A DNA stretch of 62,415 nucleotides, counting the filler. It is 6 parts of 6 records of this genome, joined end to end, with 100 filler letters (N's around TTAATTAATTAA, not from the genome) between each part and the next. Parts side by side here need not be neighbours in the genome. Positions count along the whole stretch, not along the records: positions 1 to 6,404 come from DRR723986_10550; positions 6,505 to 23,891 come from DRR723986_10551; 4 more parts are not named here. One strand, given 5' to 3'. Under the pieces are notes generated by a model that did no database searches, had not been told where the DNA came from, and was given only the letters and a program-made list of their open reading frames with translations. Below, piece by piece: positions 1-10,312 of this stretch. A program made the position numbers and the translations under genes. The stretch's first letter is position 1. Each line of letters opens with the position of its first letter.

Positions 1-1050
1 GGCAGTCCTGCGGGCAGTCACAAGCCCAATTCCGCGATTCCGCAGGCCTTTTTCAACCGGGAGGCCGGTATTCGGCGTCTGACGACAGAAACTGGTGCTG
101 GTCAGTGGGGGACCTCGCTGTCGTTTGCAGGCTCCCTGTTCGACATTGATGTGACCGTGTTCCAGGTTCGCGTGTCCTACAACCAGAAGCCCTATCGCCG
201 TGCGGTGATGGAGACCTACGGGGCTAACTGCGTGGCTTCACCATCAGAAATGACAGAGTTTGGTCGTCGGGTGCTGGGGGAAAACCCCGACCACACCGGC
301 AGTCTTGGTATTGCTATTTCCGAGGCGGTGGAGCTGGCCGTTCAGGATCCGCACACCAAGTATGCTCTGGGTTCCGTGCTGAACCATGTCCTGTTGCATC
401 AGACCGTAATCGGCCTGGAGTCCATGAAACAGATGGAGATGGCCGATTGCTGGCCAGACGTGATCGTTGGGTGCACCGGTGGCGGCTCTAATTTCGCGGG
501 TATTGCTTTCCCGTTCATGGGCCATGCTTTGAGAGGCGGGGAGAAGTCCCGGATTGTCGCGGTTGAACCCTCAGCGTGTCCGACGTTGACCCGAGGTAAA
601 TACGCCTATGACTACGGCGATACGGCACAAATGACACCACTCACCAAGATGCATACCCTGGGTTCAGGTTTTACACCGCCGGGGTTCCATGCTGGCGGCC
701 TGCGCTATCACGGCATGGCTCCGATGGTGTCGCACGCCAAGGAGCTGGGACTGTTCGATGCTGTTTCCTACACTCAGCGCGAGTGCTTTGAGGCGGGTGT
801 CCTGTTTGCGCGCAACGAAGGGATCGTACCGGCCCCTGAAGCCAATCATGCCGTGAAGGGTGCGATTGACGAGGCGTTGCGGTGCAAGCGCGAGGGCAAG
901 GAGGAGGTGATCCTGTTCAACCTTTGTGGTCACGGGCATTTCGATATGGCGGCCTATACCTCGTATTTTGCCGGTGAACTGAGCGACCATGAGTACGGCG
1001 AGCAGGAGCTGGCTATGGCGTTGTCGGGGCTGCCCTCGGTCAGCGTCTGA
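1..1050 (+). CDS. trpB2: TrpB-like PLP-dependent enzyme (tryptophan synthase beta type 2), 5'-truncated
   Basis: Frame is open from base 1 and reads GSPAGSHKPNSA (PLP-lysine motif), TETGAGQWG, GCTGGGSNF, HAGGLRYHG and LFNLCGHGHFD, all typical of TrpB2. No trpA follows. Confidence 0.92.
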   Translation, partial: GSPAGSHKPNSAIPQAFFNREAGIRRLTTETGAGQWGTSLSFAGSLFDIDVTVFQVRVSYNQKPYRRAVMETYGANCVASPSEMTEFGRRVLGENPDHTGSLGIAISEAVELAVQDPHTKYALGSVLNHVLLHQTVIGLESMKQMEMADCWPDVIVGCTGGGSNFAGIAFPFMGHALRGGEKSRIVAVEPSACPTLTRGKYAYDYGDTAQMTPLTKMHTLGSGFTPPGFHAGGLRYHGMAPMVSHAKELGLFDAVSYTQRECFEAGVLFARNEGIVPAPEANHAVKGAIDEALRCKREGKEEVILFNLCGHGHFDMAAYTSYFAGELSDHEYGEQELAMALSGLPSVSV

Positions 1051-1062
1051 TTGAACTTGCCC

Positions 1063-1087
1063 CCGGTCAGGCACTGTGCCTGACCGG
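1063..1087. terminator. Perfect 12-bp inverted repeat between convergent genes (probable terminator)
   Basis: CCGGTCAGGCAC-T-GTGCCTGACCGG lies between the trpB2 stop and the stop of the opposite-strand PepSY gene. U-tract is weak. Confidence 0.6.
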
Positions 1088-1102
1088 ATTGCGGCTTCCT
1101 GC

Positions 1103-1567
1103 TCACTTGTCCCTTTCGATCTTCAATGGCTCCAGGCTTCCGATCCGGAACTTCAATTCCAGTTCCGCACCGTTTTCATCATCGCCTTCCACTTCAATAT
1201 CGCCATTGCGATTGACCTTTAGTTCCTCAATAGTGGCCATTCCCTGCTGCTGAGCGGCTTTCAGATAAGAGCGCACATCGTCCGCGCTCACACCGTAGAT
1301 CTCGCCTTTGGCTTTGCGGCGCTGCTCCCGGTCAATGTCGCCGTTGCCGTTGAGGTCCAGTTCCACGAACCAGTCCTGGCCCATCCAGCCTTCGAGCTCG
1401 ATTTCATTATCATGGTCGTCGTCAAATTCGATGCTCTGGAAATGGCTGATACCGTAGTTGTTGCCAACCTGAAGCATGCGGTCCGCATCGTCAAAGCTGC
1501 CTTTGGCGAAGGCTGCGGGGGCTGCGACAAGGCCGCTGATCAGCGCGATGGTCAGAGTCTTTTTCAT
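1103..1567 (-). CDS. Secreted PepSY-domain protein (two PepSY-like repeats)
   Basis: Signal peptide MKKTLTIALISGLVAAPAAFA; acidic repeats SIEFDDD..EIELEG and IEELKV..DIEVEG..G.ELELK. Confidence 0.75.
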   Translation of the reverse strand: MKKTLTIALISGLVAAPAAFAKGSFDDADRMLQVGNNYGISHFQSIEFDDDHDNEIELEGWMGQDWFVELDLNGNGDIDREQRRKAKGEIYGVSADDVRSYLKAAQQQGMATIEELKVNRNGDIEVEGDDENGAELELKFRIGSLEPLKIERDK

Positions 1568-1655
1568 GGTGTTCTCCTTGCTTGTCTGTGTTTGAAAAAC
1601 TGCCGGTTCTGCCCGGTTGGCTACCAGCTTGAGCCCAGATTAACGGGGCAGGGCT

Positions 1656-1692
1656 TTCAGCATCGTGATAGGCTCATTCATGATTCGTTCAT
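1656..1692. promoter_or_regulatory. Putative OmpR-family response regulator binding site (direct repeats)
   Basis: TTCAG at 1656, then TTCAT-N6-TTCAT at 1677-1692, in the divergent promoter of the PepSY/two-component module. Confidence 0.45.
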
Positions 1693-1716
1693 CTGGCTTT
1701 TGTCACCATAAACACC

Positions 1717-2103
1717 ATGACCAGACCTCGTTTACATTCATCGCTGTTACCCGCAGACCGGTTTTCACGCCGGGTGTTCCGGGTATTGATGCTGACTCTG
1801 TTTGCGGTGAGCGCGCTGCCGTTTGCCCAGGTGGCCTGTGCCGATGATGACGACGACTGGCGGCGCCTGCACCACGAGGTTGAGGCCGGCCGTATCAAAC
1901 CCCTGAGCGAAATCCTGGACAGCCTTGGCCGCGACTGGCGCGGAGACGTGATCGATGTGGATATCGAGAAAGACGATGGTGAGATCCTCTACGAGATCGA
2001 GTTGTTGGGCCCGGAAGGCCAGGTGGTGGAGTTTGAGATCAATGCCCGGACCGGAGAGGTTCTGGAGATAGAGGGCAGGAATATCCAGGGCATGAAACGC
2101 TGA
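1717..2103 (+). CDS. PepSY-domain protein
   Basis: Export signal followed by DDDDD..EAGRIKPLSEIL..GDVIDVDIEKDDGEILYEIELLGPEGQVVEFEINARTGEVL, a typical PepSY gene preceding an OmpR-family system. Start codon is uncertain. Confidence 0.85.
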   Translation: MTRPRLHSSLLPADRFSRRVFRVLMLTLFAVSALPFAQVACADDDDDWRRLHHEVEAGRIKPLSEILDSLGRDWRGDVIDVDIEKDDGEILYEIELLGPEGQVVEFEINARTGEVLEIEGRNIQGMKR

Positions 2104-2774
2104 TGAAAATTCTTCTGGTGGAAGACGATGCCGCGCTGGCACAAGGGCTGGCCGGTAGCTTGCGGGATGCCGGGCTGCTGGTGGAAGTCGCCGGGGAAGG
2201 CCGCACGGCCGACTTTCTGGTGAGCACCGAACGTTACGATGCGGTGGTGCTGGACCTGGGCTTGCCGGATGGCAATGGCACCCAGTGGCTGGCCGGTTGG
2301 CGGGAGCGGGGTATTGATCTGCCGGTGCTGATTCTGACCGCCCGGGAGCGCTGGTCCGATAAAGCCGCGGGGTTTTCGGCCGGTGCCGATGACTATGTCA
2401 CCAAGCCCTTTGAAACCGCAGAAATCCTGTTCCGCCTGCGGGCCCTGGTGCGTCGGTCCCATGGCCATGCCCACCCGGTGATTACCGTGGGAGACATTGC
2501 TCTGGATACCCACGCGGGGCAGGTCACCCGCTCTGGTATGCCGGTTTCACTCACGGCCCAGGAGTTCAGGCTGTTATCGCATCTGATTCACGCCGCGCCC
2601 AGAATCGTGTCCCGCACCGAGTTGTCCGAACATGTCTATGACGGCGACCAGGAGCCGGATTCCAATGTTATCGATGTCCAGGTCAGCCGGTTGCGGCGCA
2701 AACTCGGCGCCCAGGCTATCGAGACCATCCGTGGCCAGGGCTATCGCATGAACGGCCACGGAGAACCATCCTGA
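2103..2774 (+). CDS. OmpR/PhoB-family response regulator
   Basis: MKILLVEDD, LDLGLPD, ILTAR, GADDYVTKPF receiver motifs; winged-helix SNVIDVQVSRLRRKLG..IETIRGQGY. Confidence 0.95.
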   Translation: MKILLVEDDAALAQGLAGSLRDAGLLVEVAGEGRTADFLVSTERYDAVVLDLGLPDGNGTQWLAGWRERGIDLPVLILTARERWSDKAAGFSAGADDYVTKPFETAEILFRLRALVRRSHGHAHPVITVGDIALDTHAGQVTRSGMPVSLTAQEFRLLSHLIHAAPRIVSRTELSEHVYDGDQEPDSNVIDVQVSRLRRKLGAQAIETIRGQGYRMNGHGEPS

Positions 2775-4135
2775 TGCTGACACGTCTGCGCCACTGGCCG
2801 GTGGCGCTGCGGATGCTGGTGTCTGCTCTGGTATTGGTCCTGGTGGTGTTGCCGCTGGCCGGTACCGTATTGGCCTGGAACTTTCGCCAGACGCTGAGCC
2901 AGTCCTTTGATGAGCGCCTGTTATCGTTCCTGAATGTGGTAATTGCCGGCATTGAGTCTGACCCTCAGACCGGTGAATTGACCCCCGGCCCGCAACTGGG
3001 CGATCCGCGCTTCGAGCGGGTGTATTCCGGCTGGTACTGGCAGGTGAACGACAACAGCGGGCGGGTGATCACCTCCCGGTCTTTGTGGGATCAGCGACTG
3101 CCGCAGATCAGTGGCCGGGGGCCGGACTGGGCCCAGGCCCCGGGGCCACGTGGCCAGCTTCTTCGGATAGTGGAACGGGATGTTCAGTTGCCGGCGTTCG
3201 AGGGCTGGTTGTCGGTGTCTGTGGCGGCTGACCAGGGGGAGCTGGATGCCCAGGTTGCGCGCTTCAACCGATTGCTGGTGGTTTCGCTGACCACGCTCGG
3301 TACGCTGTTGCTGGTGATGATCGGGTTGCAGATCCGCTGGGGCCTGGCACCGCTTCGGCGCCTGGAGCGGGATCTCCGGGCCATGGAGTCCGGCCAGACC
3401 CGTTCACTGACCAGTGATCTGCCCGAAGAACTTGCGCGGCTCTCCGAGGCCATGAATCAGGTGCTTGAACGGGATCAGATACTGATTGAGCGTGGGCGCA
3501 CGGCTGCGGGCAATCTGGCCCATGCCCTCAAAACGCCGGTGTCTGTGCTTACCACCCTGAGTGATCGTTTGCCGCCGGCACAGAAAACCGCTTTCCGTAC
3601 CGAACTGAGCCGCATCGATGACGCCGTGCGCCATCATCTGGCCAGGGCTTCAGCGGCCGGACCGGCCGCCCTGGGGCGTGTGGATCTTGGTGAAACCCTG
3701 GAGCCGGTGCTGTCGGCACTCAATACTCTCGCGCAACGCCGTGGCGTTACCCTCGAAAGCGACCTGGGCGATACGGGCGCGGTTCGGCTTGAACAACAGG
3801 ATTTACAGGAAATTGCGGGCAATCTGCTGGAAAATGCCATCAACTGGGCGGAAAGTCAGGTAACGTTTCGGGTTGAAGGCTTGCCGGATGGTCTGGCGCT
3901 GATGGTGGAGGATGACGGCCCTGGCCTGTCTGACGCCGATATCGAGCAGGCTCTGACACGGGGCACCCGGCTGGATGAAACCCGGTCCGGTTCCGGCCTG
4001 GGCCTGGCGATCGTCAAAGAGCTGGCTGAACTGTATGGCGGCACGCTGACCCTGGCCCGATCTCCCCTCGGAGGGTTACAGGCCAGTGTGCGCTTTCCAT
4101 CTCACTCATCGTCCAAGGCCCGCGGCGGGCAGTGA
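2774..4135 (+). CDS. Sensor histidine kinase (PhoQ/QseC/BqsS-like)
   Basis: Two TM segments, HAMP-like region, H-box LAHALKTP, N-box NLLENA, G-boxes VEDDGPG and GSGLGLAI. Confidence 0.95.
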   Translation: MLTRLRHWPVALRMLVSALVLVLVVLPLAGTVLAWNFRQTLSQSFDERLLSFLNVVIAGIESDPQTGELTPGPQLGDPRFERVYSGWYWQVNDNSGRVITSRSLWDQRLPQISGRGPDWAQAPGPRGQLLRIVERDVQLPAFEGWLSVSVAADQGELDAQVARFNRLLVVSLTTLGTLLLVMIGLQIRWGLAPLRRLERDLRAMESGQTRSLTSDLPEELARLSEAMNQVLERDQILIERGRTAAGNLAHALKTPVSVLTTLSDRLPPAQKTAFRTELSRIDDAVRHHLARASAAGPAALGRVDLGETLEPVLSALNTLAQRRGVTLESDLGDTGAVRLEQQDLQEIAGNLLENAINWAESQVTFRVEGLPDGLALMVEDDGPGLSDADIEQALTRGTRLDETRSGSGLGLAIVKELAELYGGTLTLARSPLGGLQASVRFPSHSSSKARGGQ

Positions 4136-5661
4136 TGCTCCTCCACCAGCGTGCCTTCATCCACGCTTTCCAGGTGTACATCAAAGCCCCAGAGCCGATG
4201 TACGTGCCTCAGCACTTCATCAGTTTCGTTGCCCAGCGGCACCCGGTCTACCGGGATGTGTCGCAGGGTTAACGAACGATCACCGCGAATATCCACACTC
4301 CATACCTGAATGTTCGGCTCCCGGTAACTGAGGTTGTATTGGCGCGCCAGCTTTTCCCGCAGCGCACGATAACCGGGCTCATCGTGAATGGCGGTGACGG
4401 TGTAGTGGTCTTCCCGATCGTCGCTTTCGATGGCGAACAGCTTCAGGTCACGCATCACCTTCGGTGAGAGAAACTGCTGGATAAAGCTCTCGTCCTTGAA
4501 GTTGTGCATGGCGAAATGCAGGGTTTCCAGCCAGTCTGTACCGGCGATGTCCGGGAACCATTCCCGGTCCTCATCGGTAGGGTTTTCACAGATACGTCTA
4601 AGGTCGGTGAAGATGGAGAAACCCAGGGTGTAGGGGTTCAGGCCGGAATACCATGGGCTGTTGAACGGGGGCTGGTATACCACGGCGGAGTGGCTTTGCA
4701 GGAACTCCAGCATGAAGCCATCGTTCACCAGCCCCTTGTCGTACAACCGGTGCAACAACGTGTAGTGCCAGAACGTGGCCCAGCCCTCGTTCATCACCTG
4801 GGTCTGGCGCTGTGGATAGAAATACTGGGCCAGCTTGCGCACGATGCGTACCAGTTCCCGCTGCCAGGTTTCCAGCAACGGCGCGTTTTTCTCGATGAAG
4901 TACAACAGGTTTTCCTGAGGCTCCTCCGGGTATCGGGGCCTGCGGCGAACCGGGTCCCCGTCGTCCTCTGCTTTGGGGATGGTTCGCCACAGATCGTTGA
5001 TGCGGCGTTGCTCGTATTCCTCCCGCTCCTTTTGCCGGCGGGCCTCCTCGGCGGCCGAAATCGGGGCAGGGCGCTTGTAGCGGTCTACACCGTAGTTCAT
5101 CAGTGCGTGGCAGGAGTCGAGAATCTCTTCCACGGCATCCACGCCGTGTCGCTCCTCGCACTCCGACACATAATGCCGGGCAAACACCAGGTAATCGATG
5201 ATGGCGCTGGCGTCTGTCCAGGTACGGAACAGATAATTGCCCTTGAAGAACGAGTTGTGGCCATAGCTGGCGTGGGCAATCACCAGGGCCTGCATGGGCA
5301 GGGTGTTCTCTTCCATCAGGTAGGCGATACAGGGATTGGAATTGATCACAATCTCATAGGCCAGCCCCATCTGGCCCCGCTGATAGCCCTTGGAGGTTTG
5401 CAGAAACTGCTTGCCGAAGGACCAGTGATGATAGCCCACCGGCATGCCGACGGAGCTGTAGGCATCCATCATCTGCTCGGCGGTAATCACTTCAACCTGG
5501 TTCGGGTAAGTGTCCAGTCCGAACTCGGCGGCGCATTTGGCAATTTCCTCGTCGTATTTCTGGATCAGTTCGAAGGTCCATTCCGAACTGGTGGAAATGG
5601 GCTTACCTGCCTTGGGTTGTTCGCTCTCCGGTGCGTTCGGGCGATCAATCAGGCTGCTCAT
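4102..5661 (-). CDS. ycgB: SpoVR family protein (YcgB)
   Basis: [54 protein letters not shown]. Confidence 0.93.
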   Translation of the reverse strand: MSSLIDRPNAPESEQPKAGKPISTSSEWTFELIQKYDEEIAKCAAEFGLDTYPNQVEVITAEQMMDAYSSVGMPVGYHHWSFGKQFLQTSKGYQRGQMGLAYEIVINSNPCIAYLMEENTLPMQALVIAHASYGHNSFFKGNYLFRTWTDASAIIDYLVFARHYVSECEERHGVDAVEEILDSCHALMNYGVDRYKRPAPISAAEEARRQKEREEYEQRRINDLWRTIPKAEDDGDPVRRRPRYPEEPQENLLYFIEKNAPLLETWQRELVRIVRKLAQYFYPQRQTQVMNEGWATFWHYTLLHRLYDKGLVNDGFMLEFLQSHSAVVYQPPFNSPWYSGLNPYTLGFSIFTDLRRICENPTDEDREWFPDIAGTDWLETLHFAMHNFKDESFIQQFLSPKVMRDLKLFAIESDDREDHYTVTAIHDEPGYRALREKLARQYNLSYREPNIQVWSVDIRGDRSLTLRHIPVDRVPLGNETDEVLRHVHRLWGFDVHLESVDEGTLVEEHHCPPRALDDE

Positions 5662-6404
5662 GCCGCTTTCCTCTCGAACAACTGTCGGAAGACCGGGTAA
5701 ATGTCGCCAGGATCGGCAATCTGCTGCATGGCGAAGCTCTGGGGAAACTGCTCCATGATTTTCTCGTATTCGTACCAGAGCATCTGGTGATCCTGGGGCG
5801 TGATTTCGATGTAGGAGTAGTACTGAACCAGCGGCAGGATTCGCTCAGACAGCAATTTGCCGCAGATGGGTGAGTCGTCGTTCCAGTTGTCGCCGTCGGA
5901 CGCCTGGGCGGCATAAATGTTCCATTCCGCTGGCGAGTATCGGGCTTCGACAATCCGGTGCATCAGTTTAAGGGCGCTGGAGACAATGGTGCCCCCGGTT
6001 TCCCGGCTGTAGAAGAACTCTTCTTCGTCCACTTCCTTGGCGCTGGTGTGGTGGCGGATAAACACCACTTCGATTTTCTTGTAGTTTTTCTTCAGGAACA
6101 GATACAGCAGGATAAAGAAGCGTTTGGCGATGTCCTTGTGCATCTGGGTCATGGAACCGGATACATCCATCAGGCAGAACATCACCGCACTGGTGGCGGG
6201 TTTGGGCTGCTTCAGGTGTTGCCTGTAGCGCAGGTCGATCTCGTCAATGAAAGGAATGCGTTTGACGTTGGCTTTCAGCCGCGCGATTTCCTCTTCCAGC
6301 ACCTTGATCTGGTCTTCATGGCTGAAGGCCGGATCGAGATCGTTCGGTGCGCTTTTCAACGCCTCGAGCTGCTTTTCCAGGTCCCGGATCTTTTTCTTGC
6401 GCGC
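5658..6404 (-). CDS. yeaH: YeaH/YhbH family protein (DUF444), 5'-truncated at contig end
   Basis: [48 protein letters not shown]. Frame is open to the gap; gene sits upstream of spoVR as in prkA-yeaH-spoVR operons. Confidence 0.93.
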   Translation of the reverse strand, partial: ARKKKIRDLEKQLEALKSAPNDLDPAFSHEDQIKVLEEEIARLKANVKRIPFIDEIDLRYRQHLKQPKPATSAVMFCLMDVSGSMTQMHKDIAKRFFILLYLFLKKNYKKIEVVFIRHHTSAKEVDEEEFFYSRETGGTIVSSALKLMHRIVEARYSPAEWNIYAAQASDGDNWNDDSPICGKLLSERILPLVQYYSYIEITPQDHQMLWYEYEKIMEQFPQSFAMQQIADPGDIYPVFRQLFERKAA

Positions 6405-6504
6405 NNNNNNNNNNNNNNNNNNNNNNNNNNNNNNNNNNNNNNNNNNNNTTAATTAATTAANNNNNNNNNNNNNNNNNNNNNNNNNNNNNNNNNNNNNNNN
6501 NNNN
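6405..6504. other. Artificial contig linker
   Basis: 44 N + TTAATTAATTAA (stop in all six frames) + 44 N. Confidence 0.99.
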
Positions 6505-6957
6505 TTTGATCAGGTGAATGGCGGCCTGCAGGCCCTTTTCCCGAAAGTATTCGGTGGTGGCAATGCCTATCTCGAGTTGACCGGGGAAGACTTGCTGGAG
6601 ACTGGCGTGGCCATCATGGCGAGGCCGCCGGGCAAGAAGAACAGCACCATCCACCTGTTGTCGGGGGGTGAGAAGGCGCTGACAGCCATCGCGCTTGTGT
6701 TCTCGATTTTCCAGCTCAATCCCGCTCCGTTCTGTATGCTGGACGAAGTGGACGCGCCGCTGGACGACGCCAACGTGGGTCGCTACGCGAATATGGTTAA
6801 GGAGATGTCGAAACAGGTTCAGTTCATCTACATTACCCATAACAAAATCGCCATGGAGATGGCGGATCAGTTAATGGGGGTCACCATGCACGAACCCGGC
6901 TGCTCGCGCCTGGTATCTGTTGATGTGGATGAGGCCGCCGCGCTGGCTGAGGCCTGA
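6505..6957 (+). CDS. smc: Chromosome segregation protein SMC, C-terminal fragment
   Basis: [14 protein letters not shown] signature and Walker [26 protein letters not shown]; followed by zipA-ligA. Confidence 0.95.
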   Translation, partial: FDQVNGGLQALFPKVFGGGNAYLELTGEDLLETGVAIMARPPGKKNSTIHLLSGGEKALTAIALVFSIFQLNPAPFCMLDEVDAPLDDANVGRYANMVKEMSKQVQFIYITHNKIAMEMADQLMGVTMHEPGCSRLVSVDVDEAAALAEA

Positions 6958-7087
6958 TAGGCGCAGTGGTTGGTGAAATGCTCGCCAACCATGACAATAA
7001 CGCCATCTGGGCCCGGTGTGCGTTGTATTCATTACGGGCTTTTCTTAGAGTAGCAACGTTCCAAACTGCAAACAGGACAGCAGCATT

Positions 7088-8104
7088 ATGTCACTTAGGG
7101 AATGGTTAATTGCCATAGGTACCCTGGTTATTATTGGAATTGTGATTGACGGTGTGCGCCGTATGCGGCGTGCCCGGAAGGAATCCATGGCCATTTCGTC
7201 CGGTATGGGGGCCGACGAACTCAAGGACTCCCCGCTGGATGATGACTTCAACCCGGAATTGCCAAACGGTGGTGCTCGCACGGTTTCCCGCTCGACACTG
7301 GAAGACCGGGGCTATCTGAAACGCGATATGTCCGCGCCCGTAAGTGCTGATCAAGAAGACGATGTAACCCCGGAATCCGGCTGGAGCGCCCGGGACGACG
7401 ATGAGGATGACGGCATCCTGAGCCCTCCCAGGGTCGTGAAACCGGAAACAGAAGAATCCGAGCCCGTTGAGCGCGAGGCGGTCAGCACTCCGGCACCGGC
7501 GGTGGATAGATCGAAAACCAGGCCCTCCCATCCTGAAAAGGCCAAAGCCGAACCCGAACCCAGAGCGGAAGAGCCGCCGGTGGTTACCACCGAAGTTGAG
7601 GAAGATACCGCCAGGCGAACGCCCAACAAGCCGCGCAAGAATCAGCCCCTGGCCGGAGCCAATCGCCCCGAGGCCAGGGAAGTCCTGGTGATCAACGTGT
7701 TGGCTCGCAGCGGCGAGCAGTTCCAGGGCAGCAAGCTCAAGAGCCTGTTTGAGGCCTGCGGCCTGGAGCATGGCGATATGGACATTTACCACCGCCACGA
7801 ATCCGAGGACACCACCACGCCTGTGCAATTCAGTGTGGCCAATGCCGTGGAGCCGGGTACCTTCCGCCCGCAGGACATGGCGGGCCTCAGTACTCCCGGT
7901 ATCAGTTTCTTCATGAGCCTGCCGGGGCCCACCAATGCGTTGCAGGCCTTCGAATTCATGCTTGAAACTGCCCAGTGCGTAGTCCGAAACCTTGGTGGCG
8001 AACTGAAAGATGAGCGCCGAAGCGTAATGACGCCGCAAACCATTGAGCACTGTCGTCAGCGCATTCGTGAGTTTGAACGCAAACAACGCTCCCAGCGAGC
8101 CTAG
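7088..8104 (+). CDS. zipA: Cell division protein ZipA
   Basis: N-terminal TM anchor, long acidic/Pro-rich linker, C-terminal FtsZ-binding domain (FSVANAVEPGTF, TPGISFFMSLPG); smc-zipA-ligA synteny. Confidence 0.93.
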   Translation: MSLREWLIAIGTLVIIGIVIDGVRRMRRARKESMAISSGMGADELKDSPLDDDFNPELPNGGARTVSRSTLEDRGYLKRDMSAPVSADQEDDVTPESGWSARDDDEDDGILSPPRVVKPETEESEPVEREAVSTPAPAVDRSKTRPSHPEKAKAEPEPRAEEPPVVTTEVEEDTARRTPNKPRKNQPLAGANRPEAREVLVINVLARSGEQFQGSKLKSLFEACGLEHGDMDIYHRHESEDTTTPVQFSVANAVEPGTFRPQDMAGLSTPGISFFMSLPGPTNALQAFEFMLETAQCVVRNLGGELKDERRSVMTPQTIEHCRQRIREFERKQRSQRA

Positions 8105-10165
<2,061 letters not shown>

Positions 10166-10312
10166 GGGCTGCTGGCCAAAGAATCTGAGAACTCGCGCAG
10201 ATCGCTCCGGATTCAAATTGGCTACCATGGCGTTGATCTGTAACGGTGTGTAAACCGGATGCTAGGCATCCGGGCACGGCCATAACAATAACGTCATGAA
10301 ACGGATTTTTGC

